Shown: positions 11,946 through 23,644 of the stretch, one piece after another
Layout of the letters: every line of letters begins with the position of its first letter
How positions within the stretch are numbered: position 1 is the first letter of the stretch
Origin: Escherichia phage vB_Eco_NicPhage
Sequence record: OY726582
DNA length: 64,000 bases
Direction: 5' to 3' (one strand)
The notes under the pieces: generated by a model
What the model was told of the DNA's origin: nothing
Database searches by the model: none
What the model saw: only the letters and a program-made list of their open reading frames with translations
Made by a program: the position numbers and the translations under genes

Positions 11946-12894
11946 ATGTTTGGTTATTTTTACAACTCGTCGTTCAGGCGATATATCACAATGATGGGCG
12001 ATTTGTTTTCAAATATCCAAGTTAACCGTCAATTGTCTACAGGCAATAAATTAATTAGAGTTCCTATTACGTATGCATCTAAAGAGCACTTTATGATGAA
12101 ACTTAATAAATGGACCTCTATAAACTCACAAGAAGATGTGGCTAAAGTCGAAACTATTCTACCACGTATAAATCTCCAAATGGTGGATTTCGTTTATAAC
12201 CCAACGTTTAAAACGAATATATTGAATAACTCTCTTTTGAGTAAATCGACTAAGGATATTGTAGACCAATACAACCCATCACCAATTAAAATGATTTTTG
12301 AACTGAGCATCTTTACTCGTTATGAAGATGATATGTTCCAAATCGTTGAGCAAATTATTCCATATTTTCAGCCGCATTTTAATACGACTATGATTGAGCA
12401 ATATGGGCAGGATATTCCATTTGAAAGGGATATTAAAGTCGTATGGATGGCAGCAGCAATGGATGAACAAATAGACGGTGATAATTTATCTCGTCGACGT
12501 TTAGAGTGGTCATTAACATTTGAAGTAAATGGATGGATGTATCCTCCGGTAGGCGCAGCTGAAGGCCTTATTAAAACGACTTATCTTGATTTTCATGCTA
12601 AACGGTGATAATTTATCTCGTCGACGTTTAGAGTGGTCATTAACATTTGAAGTAAATGGATGGATGTATCCTCCGGTAGGCGCAGCTGAAGGCCTTATTA
12701 AAACGACTTATCTTGATTTTCATGCTAATGAACGAGACCTTCAAACAGCCGCCAGTGTTTTTGAATCAGTTGATACAGAAATTAAACCGAGAGACGTTGA
12801 AGCACAAGATTGGAATGGTGAAGTTGAACAAACTTATACTCATGATATTCCAATCCCGTCTCCACCAACCCCTCCTGGTCCTAGAAAACAATAA
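11946..12894 (+). pseudogene. 15: Gene 15 (tail sheath stabiliser / tail completion protein) interrupted by a 127-bp tandem duplication; split into ORFs 11943..12608 and 12586..12894
   Basis: The two ORFs share the identical peptide DNLSRRRLEWSLTFEVNGWMYPPVGAAEGLIKTTYLDFHA; removing one 127-nt copy restores a single ORF of about 272 aa, the T4 gp15 length; the first ORF ends HAKR-stop two codons into the second copy. Confidence 0.75.
12475..12728 (+). repeat. Perfect direct tandem duplication, 2 x 127 bp (copy 1 12475-12601, copy 2 12602-12728), inside gene 15
   Basis: Read directly: acggtgataatttatctcgtcgacgtttagagtgg...cttgattttcatgctaa occurs twice back to back; 127 is not a multiple of 3. 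Confidence 0.9.
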
Positions 12895-12903
12895 GAGGTA
12901 AAT

Positions 12904-15220
<2,317 letters not shown>

Positions 15221-15247
15221 AAATAAAGCAAATTAAGAGGAATTAAA

Positions 15248-17230
15248 ATGTCACTTCTCTCTCCGGGCGTTGAGCTCAAAGAAACTACCGTACAGAGTAC
15301 TGTAGTTAATAACTCCACTGGTACTGCTGCCCTGGCTGGAAAATTCCAATGGGGACCTGCATTCCAGATTAAACAAATCACTGATGAAGTTGCATTAGTT
15401 GATATGTTTGGTACTCCTAATACGGATACAGCAGATTATTTCATGTCTGCTATGAACTTCCTTCAATATGGTAATGACCTTCGTGTTGTACGCGCAGTTG
15501 ACCGTGATACTGCTAAGAACTCATCTCCTGTAGCGGGCAATATTGAATTCACAATCTCTGCTGCTGGTAGTAACTATGCAGTTGGTGATAAAATTATCGT
15601 TAAGTATTTGACCGAAACTGTTGAAGCAGATGGTTATGTCACTTCAGTTGATGTCGATGGTAAAATTCTTAACATTTATATCCCAACCGGTAAAATTATT
15701 GCTCGTGCAAAAGAAATTAATGAATATCCGGCATTGGGTTCTAACTGGACCGCCGAAGTTGCCAGTTCTTCTTCTGGACTCTCTGGCGTTATTACAATTG
15801 GTTCTATCGTAACCGATTCGGGTATTCTGTTAACTGAAGTTGAAACTTCTGAAGAAGCTATTACTTCTCTAACTTTCCAAGAATCTATTAAAAAATATGG
15901 TGTCCCAGGCGTAGTTGCTCTTTATCCTGGTGAACTTGGCGACCAGCTCGAAATTGAAATCGTATCTAAAGCAGACTACGACAAAGGTGCTTCAGCCCAG
16001 TTAAAAATTTATCCTGATGGTGGTACTCGTGCATCTACTGCTAAAGCAATCTTTGGGTATGGCCCACAAACTGATGACCAATATGCAATTATCGTTCGTC
16101 GTAACGATGCTGTAGTTCAGAGCGTAGTTCTTTCTACTAAACGTGGTGAACGCGATATTTATGGTAGTAATATCTTTATTGATGATTTCTTTGCTAAAGG
16201 CGCAAGCAATTATATTTTCGCTACTGCACAAGGTTGGCCAAAAGGTTTCTCTGGCGTAATCAAACTGGGCGGTGGTTTATCATCTAATGAAACGGTTGAC
16301 GCTGGTGATTTAATGGAAGCTTGGGATTTGTTTGCTGACCGCGAATCTGTTAATGCGCAGTTGTTTATTGCCGGTTCTTGTGCAGGTGAATCTTTAGAAG
16401 TTGCTTCTACAGTTCAGAAACATGTTGTAGCAATTGGTGATTCTCGCCAAGATTGCTTGGTTCTTTGCTCACCGCCACGTGCAACTATAGTCGGTATTCC
16501 TGTTAATCGTGCAGTTGATAATCTGGTTGATTGGCGTACTGCATCAGGATCTTACACTGATAATAACTTTAATGTAAGTTCTACTTATGCTGCTATTGAC
16601 GGTAACTATAAATATCAATACGACAAATATAACGATGTGAATCGTTGGGTTCCGTTAGCTGCTGATATTGCCGGTCTTTGTGCTCGCACAGACAATATTT
16701 CTCAGCCTTGGATGTCTCCGGCCGGTTATAACCGTGGACAAATTCTTAACGTTATTAAGCTTGCAATTGAAACTCGTCAACCACAACGTGATCGTTTGTA
16801 TCAGGAAGCTATTAACCCTGTTACTGGTACCGGTGGTGATGGATATGTTCTGTATGGTGATAAAACTGCCACTTCCGTTCCTTCACCATTTGACCGTATT
16901 AACGTTCGTCGTTTGTTCAATATGGTTAAAACGAACATTGGTTCAGCATCTAAATATCGCCTGTTTGAATTGAACAACGCATTTACCCGTTCTTCTTTCC
17001 GTACAGAGACTTCTCAATATCTACAGGGTATTAAAGCTCTCGGTGGTGTATATAACTTTAAAGTTGTTTGTGATACTACCAATAACACCCCAGCAGTTAT
17101 CGACCGTAATGAATTTGTAGCTACTTTCTACTTACAACCTGCCCGCTCGATAAATTATATTACGTTGAACTTTGTAGCAACAGCAACTGGTGCCGATTTC
17201 GACGAACTAATTGGTGCTGTAGGTGGCTAA
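15248..17230 (+). CDS. 18: Tail sheath protein gp18
   Basis: 660 aa (T4 659); late promoter TATAAATA at 15213-15220; syntenic. Confidence 0.95.
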   Translation: MSLLSPGVELKETTVQSTVVNNSTGTAALAGKFQWGPAFQIKQITDEVALVDMFGTPNTDTADYFMSAMNFLQYGNDLRVVRAVDRDTAKNSSPVAGNIEFTISAAGSNYAVGDKIIVKYLTETVEADGYVTSVDVDGKILNIYIPTGKIIARAKEINEYPALGSNWTAEVASSSSGLSGVITIGSIVTDSGILLTEVETSEEAITSLTFQESIKKYGVPGVVALYPGELGDQLEIEIVSKADYDKGASAQLKIYPDGGTRASTAKAIFGYGPQTDDQYAIIVRRNDAVVQSVVLSTKRGERDIYGSNIFIDDFFAKGASNYIFATAQGWPKGFSGVIKLGGGLSSNETVDAGDLMEAWDLFADRESVNAQLFIAGSCAGESLEVASTVQKHVVAIGDSRQDCLVLCSPPRATIVGIPVNRAVDNLVDWRTASGSYTDNNFNVSSTYAAIDGNYKYQYDKYNDVNRWVPLAADIAGLCARTDNISQPWMSPAGYNRGQILNVIKLAIETRQPQRDRLYQEAINPVTGTGGDGYVLYGDKTATSVPSPFDRINVRRLFNMVKTNIGSASKYRLFELNNAFTRSSFRTETSQYLQGIKALGGVYNFKVVCDTTNNTPAVIDRNEFVATFYLQPARSINYITLNFVATATGADFDELIGAVGG

Positions 17231-17241
17231 TAAGACGCCTG

Positions 17242-17263
17242 ATGGGCTATTTCGGTAGCCCAT
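17242..17263 (+). other. RNA hairpin ATGGGCTA-TTTCGG-TAGCCCAT abutting the gene 19 late promoter
   Basis: 8-bp inverted repeat 12 nt after the gp18 stop; no U-tract; its 3' arm overlaps the first base of the TATAAATA at 17263. Confidence 0.5.
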
Positions 17264-17270
17264 ATAAATA
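17263..17270 (+). promoter_or_regulatory. Late promoter TATAAATA upstream of gene 19
   Basis: Exact TATAAATA in the gp18-gp19 intergenic region, adjacent to a hairpin. Confidence 0.6.
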
Positions 17271-17342
17271 TACTATATCGTTTAAAAATTAATTCTATGG
17301 GCATCAGGTTAATCCTAAGCCCATATTACTACAGAGGCTAAT

Positions 17343-17834
17343 ATGTTTGTAGATGACGTAACTCGTGCCTTCGAATCAGGTGATTTCGCTCGCCCTAACC
17401 TGTTCGAAGTAGAAATCTCTTATCTTGGGCAAAACTTTAGCTTCCAGTGTCGTGCTACGGCTCTTCCTGCTGCGATTGTTGAAAAGGTTCCTGTTTCTTA
17501 TATGAACCGTAAAATTAACGTGGCCGGTGATCGTACATTCGATGATTGGACTATTACAGTAATGAACGATGATGCTCATAGCATTCGTCAGAAATTTGTT
17601 GATTGGCAAGGTATTGCAGCAGGACAAGGTAATGAAATTACCGGTGGTAAACCTGCTGAATATAAAAAGTCTGCTATCGTTCGTCAATTTGCCCGTGATG
17701 CTAAAACGGTCACTAAAGAAGTTGAAATTGTCGGCTTGTGGCCTACTAACGTTGGCGAAGTATCTCTTGACTGGGACAGCAATAACGAGATTGAAACGTT
17801 CGAAGTAACTCTTGCTCTTGATTGGTGGGAATAA
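17343..17834 (+). CDS. 19: Tail tube protein gp19
   Basis: 163 aa, identical to T4 gp19 length; late promoter at 17263-17270. Confidence 0.9.
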   Translation: MFVDDVTRAFESGDFARPNLFEVEISYLGQNFSFQCRATALPAAIVEKVPVSYMNRKINVAGDRTFDDWTITVMNDDAHSIRQKFVDWQGIAAGQGNEITGGKPAEYKKSAIVRQFARDAKTVTKEVEIVGLWPTNVGEVSLDWDSNNEIETFEVTLALDWWE

Positions 17835-17882
17835 TCTGGTTGGGGAGAAATCCCCAGCTTCCCGTGATGACGGAGAAGTCCA

Positions 17883-17890
17883 TATAAATA
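17883..17890 (+). promoter_or_regulatory. Late promoter TATAAATA upstream of gene 20
   Basis: Exact TATAAATA 29 nt upstream of the gp20 ATG; same CATATAAATATA context as the gene 19 promoter. Confidence 0.6.
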
Positions 17891-17918
17891 TAACTATAAT
17901 TCCCATTCGGAGAATACA

Positions 17919-19490
17919 ATGAAATTTAATATCTTAAGTTTGTTTGCTCCATGGGCAAAAATGGACGAACGTGATTACAAAGACCAAGAAAAAGAAAATT
18001 TAGAATCTATCACCGCACCAAAATTAGACGACGGCGCTAAAGAATACGAAGTATCTGAAAATGAAGCACAGCAAACATATAATGCTATGTTTCAGAGAAT
18101 GTTCGGTAGTCAAGAACCAGGGCTCAAATCAACCCGTGAATTAATCGATACGTATCGAAATTTGATGACGAACTATGAAGTGGATAATGCAGTCTCTGAA
18201 ATAGTTTCCGATGCTATCGTGTATGAAGATGATACAGAAGTCGTTTCTATAAATTTAGACAACACAAAATTTAGTCCAAATATCAAATCAATGATGTTGG
18301 ATGAATTTAACGAAGTGTTAAATCATTTATCTTTCCAACGTAAAGGTTCAGATCATTTTAGACGTTGGTATGTAGATTCTCGAATTTTCTTCCATAAAAT
18401 TATTGACCCTAAACGCCCTAAAGAAGGTATTAAAGAGCTTCGTCGTTTAGATCCACGTCAAGTTCAATATGTCCGTGAAGTTATTACAACCACTGAAGCC
18501 GGTGTTAAAATAGTCAAGGGTTATAAAGAATATTTCATTTATGACACATCACACGAATCTTACGCTTGTGATGGTCGCATATATGAAGCTGGCACAAAAA
18601 TAAAAATCCCTAAAGCCGCGATTGTTTATGCCCATTCTGGTTTAGTTGATTGTTGTGGTAAAAATATCATTGGTTATTTGCATCGGGCTATTAAGCCGGC
18701 GAACCAATTAAAACTTCTTGAAGATGCCGTCGTAATTTATCGTATTACTCGTGCTCCTGATCGTCGTGTATGGTACGTTGATACAGGTAATATGCCTTCA
18801 AGAAAAGCAGCAGAACATATGCAACATGTTATGAATACGATGAAAAACCGTATTGCATATGATGCTACTACAGGCAAGATTAAAAACCAGCAGCATATTA
18901 TGTCGATGACCGAAGATTATTGGTTACAACGACGTGATGGTAAAGCAGTAACAGAAGTTGATACATTACCAGGTGCAGATAATACCGGAAATATGGAAGA
19001 TGTACGTTGGTTCCGTAATGCGCTTTATATGGCTTTACGTATTCCTATTACCCGTATTCCAAGTGACCAAGGTGGTATACAGTTTGATGCTGGTACTTCT
19101 ATTACACGAGATGAATTATCATTTGGTAAATTTATTCGTGAGCTGCAACATAAATTTGAAGAGATATTCCTAGACCCGCTTAAAACTAATTTAATTCTTA
19201 AAGGAATTATTACAGAAGATGAGTGGAATGATGAAATAAATAATATTAAGATAAAATTTCATCGGGATAGTTATTTCTCGGAATTAAAGGATGCTGAGAT
19301 TCTGGAGCGTCGCATTAATATGCTTCAGATGGCCGAACCATTTATTGGTAAATATATTTCTCACAGAACAGCTATGAAAGATATTCTTCAGATGTCTGAC
19401 GAGGAAATTGAACAAGAGGCTAAGCAAATTGAAGAAGAGTCGAAAGAGGCTCGTTTCCAAGACCCCGACCAAGAACAAGAGGATTTTTAA
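17919..19490 (+). CDS. 20: Portal vertex protein gp20
   Basis: 523 aa (T4 524); late promoter at 17883-17890; syntenic. Confidence 0.9.
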   Translation: MKFNILSLFAPWAKMDERDYKDQEKENLESITAPKLDDGAKEYEVSENEAQQTYNAMFQRMFGSQEPGLKSTRELIDTYRNLMTNYEVDNAVSEIVSDAIVYEDDTEVVSINLDNTKFSPNIKSMMLDEFNEVLNHLSFQRKGSDHFRRWYVDSRIFFHKIIDPKRPKEGIKELRRLDPRQVQYVREVITTTEAGVKIVKGYKEYFIYDTSHESYACDGRIYEAGTKIKIPKAAIVYAHSGLVDCCGKNIIGYLHRAIKPANQLKLLEDAVVIYRITRAPDRRVWYVDTGNMPSRKAAEHMQHVMNTMKNRIAYDATTGKIKNQQHIMSMTEDYWLQRRDGKAVTEVDTLPGADNTGNMEDVRWFRNALYMALRIPITRIPSDQGGIQFDAGTSITRDELSFGKFIRELQHKFEEIFLDPLKTNLILKGIITEDEWNDEINNIKIKFHRDSYFSELKDAEILERRINMLQMAEPFIGKYISHRTAMKDILQMSDEEIEQEAKQIEEESKEARFQDPDQEQEDF

Positions 19491-19723
19491 TGGACGATTT
19501 AATTCAAGCTATTAAATCAAACGACCTCGTTGCTACTCGAAAGTTTTTTGAAAGTGCAATGGCAGAAAAAACGGTTCGTTTGATTGAAGCACGCAAAGCA
19601 GAAATCGCGTCTCAATTTTTGATTGAAGGCGAAGAACCTGAAGAAGAAGAAAAGAAAGCTTCGGAAGACGACGCTGATGAAGGCGATGACGACGAAGACG
19701 AAGATGATGAGGACGATGAATAA
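19490..19723 (+). CDS. 67: Prohead core protein gp67 with poly-acidic C-terminal tail
   Basis: 77 aa; C-terminus [27 protein letters not shown]; start overlaps gp20 stop; syntenic with T4 gene 67. Confidence 0.75.
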   Translation: MDDLIQAIKSNDLVATRKFFESAMAEKTVRLIEARKAEIASQFLIEGEEPEEEEKKASEDDADEGDDDEDEDDEDDE

Positions 19724-20148
19724 TGTATCTTATCCCTGAATCTTATGAATTGGTACTCGAAAATGTCGAAGCACTTATTCCTGAAGCACAGGGCCGAATC
19801 GATGCATTGTCTTCTGCTCTCGATATTGACGATATAAATACTATTATCGAGAACATGCTTGAAACTGAAACGGATTTAGCTGTTGCAATGGCTTCCATTA
19901 TTAATGAAGAACAGTTAAATGAGTTTATCGTTAAACATGTTTCTTCTCGTGGTGAAGTCACCCGCACTAAAGACCGTAAAACTCGTGAACGTAACGCGTT
20001 CCAAACAACCGGACTTTCTAAAGCAAAACGTAGACAAATCGCTCGTAAGGTCGTTAAAGCTAAAAAAGCTAACCCTTCAGGCCAAGTTAAAGGCTTGCGT
20101 AGGCGTAAAAAGGCTCTTAAACGTCGTAAAGCATTAGGATTAAGCTAA
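19723..20148 (+). CDS. 68: Prohead core protein gp68
   Basis: 141 aa, same as T4 gp68; very basic C-terminus; translationally coupled to gp67 and gp21. Confidence 0.75.
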   Translation: MYLIPESYELVLENVEALIPEAQGRIDALSSALDIDDINTIIENMLETETDLAVAMASIINEEQLNEFIVKHVSSRGEVTRTKDRKTRERNAFQTTGLSKAKRRQIARKVVKAKKANPSGQVKGLRRRKKALKRRKALGLS

Positions 20149-20789
20149 TGAATAAACCCGAGTTACTTATTGAAACTTGGGGTCAACCCGGTGAGATTAT
20201 TGATGGCGTTCCAATGTTGGAATCTCATGATGGAAAAGATTCTGGCTTAAAACCAGGGCTTTATATAGAAGGTATTTTTCTTCAGGCAGAGGTTGTTAAC
20301 CGAAATAAACGTTTATATCCTAAACGCGTTTTGGAAAAAGCAGTAAGTGACTATATTAAAGAACAAGTCGCAACCAAACAAGCCCTTGGAGAATTAAACC
20401 ATCCACCTCGTGCAAATGTTGACCCTATGCAAGCCGCTATCATTATTGAAGATATGTGGTGGAAAGGAAACGATGTATATGGACGTGCTAGAATTATTGA
20501 AGGCGACCATGGTCCCGGCGATAAATTAGCTGCTAATATACGAGCTGGTTGGATTCCAGGTGTTTCCTCTCGTGGTCTTGGTTCTTTAACCGACACCAAT
20601 AAAGGGTACCGTATCGTGAACGAAGGATTTAAATTAACCGTCGGTGTAGATGCCGTATGGGGTCCTTCTGCTCCAGATGCTTGGGTTACTCCTAAACAAA
20701 TATCAGAATCAGAAAATTCGGTGGAAATCACCAAAAACAGTGCTGATGAAGCATTTAAAGCTCTCGCAGAGAGTTTAAAAGCATTATAA
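20148..20789 (+). CDS. 21: Prohead core scaffold and protease gp21
   Basis: 213 aa (T4 212); syntenic upstream of scaffold gp22. Confidence 0.85.
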   Translation: MNKPELLIETWGQPGEIIDGVPMLESHDGKDSGLKPGLYIEGIFLQAEVVNRNKRLYPKRVLEKAVSDYIKEQVATKQALGELNHPPRANVDPMQAAIIIEDMWWKGNDVYGRARIIEGDHGPGDKLAANIRAGWIPGVSSRGLGSLTDTNKGYRIVNEGFKLTVGVDAVWGPSAPDAWVTPKQISESENSVEITKNSADEAFKALAESLKAL

Positions 20790-20792
20790 ATA
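20785..20792 (+). promoter_or_regulatory. Late promoter TATAAATA upstream of gene 22
   Basis: Exact TATAAATA overlapping the gp21 stop, 31 nt before the gp22 ATG. Confidence 0.55.
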
Positions 20793-20822
20793 ATAATGTA
20801 ATCTAAACCACAGGACACTAAA

Positions 20823-21635
20823 ATGATCAAAGAACAACTTTTGAAAGAAGCTCAGAATATCGAGACTTCAGTTGCTCTTAATAGTGTTTTCGAATCAGTA
20901 GAACTGTCTCCGGACGTTAAAGCTAATTTCAGCACTGTATTCGAAGCCACCGTTAAGCAGGAAGCAGTCAAACTAGCTGAATCTCATATCAAAGCTATCG
21001 CCGAAAAAGCCGAAGAAGAAGTTGAAAAGGCTAAAGAAGATGCTGAAGAGAAAGCTGATAAAAAATTGGCTGAACAAGCTTCTAAATTCCTGGACCATCT
21101 TGCAAAAGAATGGCTCGCAGAAAACCAAATCGCAGTTGATAAAGGCATTAAAGCTGATTTGTTCGAATCCATGCTTGGTGGTCTGAAAGAACTGTTTGTT
21201 GAACATAACGTTGTTGTTCCAGAAGAATCTGTAGATGTTGTAGCAGAAATGGAAGAAGAGCTGGCCGAACATAAAGAAGAAACCGCTCGTTTGTTCGAAG
21301 AAGTTACCAAACGTGATGCATATATCAATTACGTTCAGCGTGAAACCGCTATTAATGAAAGCGTAAAAGACCTGACTGAATCTCAGAAAGAAAAAGTTAT
21401 TGGCCTGGTTGAAGGTATGGATTATTCTGACGCATTTGGTACTAAGTTAACTGCTATTGTAGAAATGGTTAAAGGTTCTACTAAAGAAGAAGCCGCTATT
21501 ACCGAAAGTATAAATACAGTTGACAATGACGCTGCCGGTCTTAATTTTGTTGCCGAAGCAGTTGACACTACCACAACTCAGGTAGAACAGAATTCTAATG
21601 TAAGTTTATATGCGAAAGTCGCATCTCGTTTCTAA
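20823..21635 (+). CDS. 22: Prohead core scaffold protein gp22
   Basis: 270 aa (T4 269); Glu/Ala/Lys-rich helical sequence; late promoter at 20785-20792. Confidence 0.85.
   Translation: MIKEQLLKEAQNIETSVALNSVFESVELSPDVKANFSTVFEATVKQEAVKLAESHIKAIAEKAEEEVEKAKEDAEEKADKKLAEQASKFLDHLAKEWLAENQIAVDKGIKADLFESMLGGLKELFVEHNVVVPEESVDVVAEMEEELAEHKEETARLFEEVTKRDAYINYVQRETAINESVKDLTESQKEKVIGLVEGMDYSDAFGTKLTAIVEMVKGSTKEEAAITESINTVDNDAAGLNFVAEAVDTTTTQVEQNSNVSLYAKVASRF
21509..21516 (+). promoter_or_regulatory. Late promoter TATAAATA for gene 23, inside the 3' end of gene 22
   Basis: Exact TATAAATA about 137 nt upstream of the gp23 ATG; T4 gene 23 is known to be driven by a late promoter within gene 22. Confidence 0.55.
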
Positions 21636-21652
21636 TTTAAAGGTTAACACAA

Positions 21653-23221
21653 ATGACTACTATCAAAACTAAAGCTCAGCTCGTAGACAAATGGAAAGAA
21701 CTGCTGGAAGGTGAAGGCCTGCCGGAAATCGCTAATAGCAAGCAGGCTATTATCGCTAAAATCTTCGAAAACCAGGAAAAAGATTTCGAAGTATCCCCTG
21801 AATATAAAGACGAGAAAATCGCTCAGGCATTTGGTTCTTTCTTGACCGAAGCTGAAATTGGTGGTGACCATGGTTATAATGCTCAGAACATCGCAGCAGG
21901 TCAAACCTCTGGTGCAGTAACCCAAATTGGGCCGGCAGTTATGGGTATGGTTCGTCGTGCTATTCCTAATCTAATCGCTTTTGATATTTGTGGTGTTCAG
22001 CCTATGAACAGCCCGACCGGTCAGGTATTTGCTCTCCGTGCAGTATATGGTAAAGACCCTATCGCTGCTGGCGCTAAAGAAGCTTTCCATCCGATGTATG
22101 CCCCAGACGCGATGTTCTCTGGTCAGGGTGCTGCTAAGAAATTCCCAGCTCTGGCTGCTGACACTACTACTGTTGTAGGTGATATCTATACTCACTTCTT
22201 CCAAGAAACTGGTACTGTATATCTGCAAGCTTCTGCTGTCGTAACACTTGATTCTGGTGCAACTGATGCAGCTAAATTAGATGCAGAAGTTAAGAAACAA
22301 ATGGAAGCTGGTGCACTGGTAGAAATCGCTGAAGGTATGGCTACTTCTATCGCTGAACTCCAGGAAGGTTTCAACGGTTCTACCGATAACCCATGGAATG
22401 AAATGGGCTTCCGTATCGATAAACAAGTTATCGAAGCTAAATCTCGCCAGCTGAAAGCTGCTTACTCTATCGAATTAGCACAAGACCTCCGTGCAGTACA
22501 CGGTATGGATGCTGATGCTGAACTGAGCGGTATTCTGGCTACAGAAATTATGCTAGAAATCAACCGTGAAGTTGTTGATTGGATTAACTACTCAGCACAG
22601 GTTGGTAAATCTGGTATGACCCTGACTCCGGGTTCTAAAGCTGGTGTATTTGACTTCCAGGACCCGATTGATATCCGTGGTGCTCGTTGGGCCGGTGAAA
22701 GCTTTAAATCTCTGTTGTTCCAGATTGATAAAGAAGCAGTTGAAATTGCTCGTCAAACCGGTCGTGGTGAAGGTAACTTCATTATCGCTTCCCGTAACGT
22801 AGTTAACGTACTGGCTTCAGTTGATACTGGTATTTCTTACGCTGCACAGGGCCTGGCTTCTGGTTTTAATACCGACACTACTAAGTCTGTATTTGCCGGT
22901 GTACTTGGTGGTAAATACCGCGTATACATCGACCAGTATGCTAAACAGGATTACTTCACCGTTGGTTACAAAGGCGCTAACGAAATGGATGCAGGTATTT
23001 ACTATGCTCCTTACGTTGCACTTACCCCGCTGCGTGGTTCCGATCCTAAGAACTTCCAGCCGGTAATGGGCTTTAAAACTCGTTACGGTATCGGTGTTAA
23101 CCCGTTTGCTGAAAGTTCCCTGCAGGCTCCAGGTGCTCGCATCCAGTCCGGTATGCCATCTATCCTGAACAGCCTTGGTAAGAACGCTTACTTCCGCCGT
23201 GTATATGTAAAAGGCATCTAA
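21653..23221 (+). CDS. 23: Major capsid protein gp23
   Basis: 522 aa; near-identical over long stretches to remembered T4 gp23 (e.g. GDHGYNA.NIAAGQTSGAVTQIGPAVMGMVRRAIPNLIAFDICGVQPMNSPTGQVFALRAVYGKDP); late promoter inside gene 22 at 21509-21516; strong terminator downstream. Confidence 0.97.
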   Translation: MTTIKTKAQLVDKWKELLEGEGLPEIANSKQAIIAKIFENQEKDFEVSPEYKDEKIAQAFGSFLTEAEIGGDHGYNAQNIAAGQTSGAVTQIGPAVMGMVRRAIPNLIAFDICGVQPMNSPTGQVFALRAVYGKDPIAAGAKEAFHPMYAPDAMFSGQGAAKKFPALAADTTTVVGDIYTHFFQETGTVYLQASAVVTLDSGATDAAKLDAEVKKQMEAGALVEIAEGMATSIAELQEGFNGSTDNPWNEMGFRIDKQVIEAKSRQLKAAYSIELAQDLRAVHGMDADAELSGILATEIMLEINREVVDWINYSAQVGKSGMTLTPGSKAGVFDFQDPIDIRGARWAGESFKSLLFQIDKEAVEIARQTGRGEGNFIIASRNVVNVLASVDTGISYAAQGLASGFNTDTTKSVFAGVLGGKYRVYIDQYAKQDYFTVGYKGANEMDAGIYYAPYVALTPLRGSDPKNFQPVMGFKTRYGIGVNPFAESSLQAPGARIQSGMPSILNSLGKNAYFRRVYVKGI

Positions 23222-23245
23222 TCTTAATTGATTAAATCTTATTTT

Positions 23246-23270
23246 GGGAGACTTCGGTCTCCCATTTTTG
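23246..23270 (+). terminator. Intrinsic terminator after gene 23 (GGGAGAC-UUCG-GUCUCCC + AUUUUUGG)
   Basis: Perfect 7-bp stem with UUCG tetraloop followed by U-tract, 25 nt after the gp23 stop. Confidence 0.8.
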
Positions 23271-23273
23271 GTT

Positions 23274-23543
23274 TTATTTCTGTGCAATTTCGATGTAAGT
23301 TTTCAAAATATTTTGCCAATTAGGCATACCTTCTTGGACATATGCCGGAGAACCATCTTTGTTTTTGAATGATGCAAGTTTATCAGTGGCCCAATAACCT
23401 TTAGCTCGAGCTTCAGAATCAACTTTCATCCATACTTTGTTGAAGGCATTACCATTAACTTTTGCACCATATTTTTCTACTAACTTAACTGCTTCAGCTT
23501 CCAGAACTTTTAAAGTATCTCGTAAGAAACGTGCTTTAGTCAT
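23274..23543 (-). CDS. Hypothetical early protein (89 aa) between gp23 and gp24, opposite strand
   Basis: ORF preceded on the minus strand by TTTACA-N17-TACTAT early-promoter-like element (23574-23602); no recognisable motif; occupies the position where T4 carries a seg endonuclease gene. Confidence 0.5.
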   Translation of the reverse strand: MTKARFLRDTLKVLEAEAVKLVEKYGAKVNGNAFNKVWMKVDSEARAKGYWATDKLASFKNKDGSPAYVQEGMPNWQNILKTYIEIAQK

Positions 23544-23573
23544 TTTGTTTACTCCTCTGTAGTTGATAAGTCT

Positions 23574-23602
23574 ATAGTATCACATACTAAATACGTTGTA
23601 AA
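23574..23602 (-). promoter_or_regulatory. Early (sigma70-type) promoter TTTACA-N17-TACTAT for the 89-aa ORF
   Basis: Minus strand reads gattgTTTACA-17 nt-TACTAT; divergent from the gene 24 late promoter. Confidence 0.5.
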
Positions 23603-23609
23603 CAATCTT

Positions 23610-23617
23610 TATAAATA
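23610..23617 (+). promoter_or_regulatory. Late promoter TATAAATA upstream of gene 24
   Basis: Exact TATAAATA 28 nt upstream of the gp24 ATG. Confidence 0.6.
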
Positions 23618-23644
23618 ATCTATATCACATAAGGAAAAAATGCA

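Noticed and set aside
17376-17906. Minus-strand 176-aa ORF
   Set aside because: Antisense to the tail tube gene gp19, whose length (163 aa) and position match T4 exactly.
20351-20830. Minus-strand 159-aa ORF
   Set aside because: Lies entirely antisense within gp21 and the gp21-gp22 junction; no promoter or ribosome-binding site; the region is fully accounted for by late plus-strand genes.
20973-21328. Minus-strand ORFs of 99 and 114 aa inside gene 22
   Set aside because: Antisense to the strongly supported scaffold gene; they arise from the repetitive Glu/Ala/Lys-rich codons of gp22 (low-complexity Phe/Ser-rich mirror translation) and have no start signals.
22817-23287. Minus-strand 156-aa ORF overlapping the 3' end of gene 23
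   Set aside because: Antisense to the major capsid gene and running through the gene 23 terminator; the adjacent 89-aa minus-strand ORF (23274..23543) with its own promoter is the credible gene.
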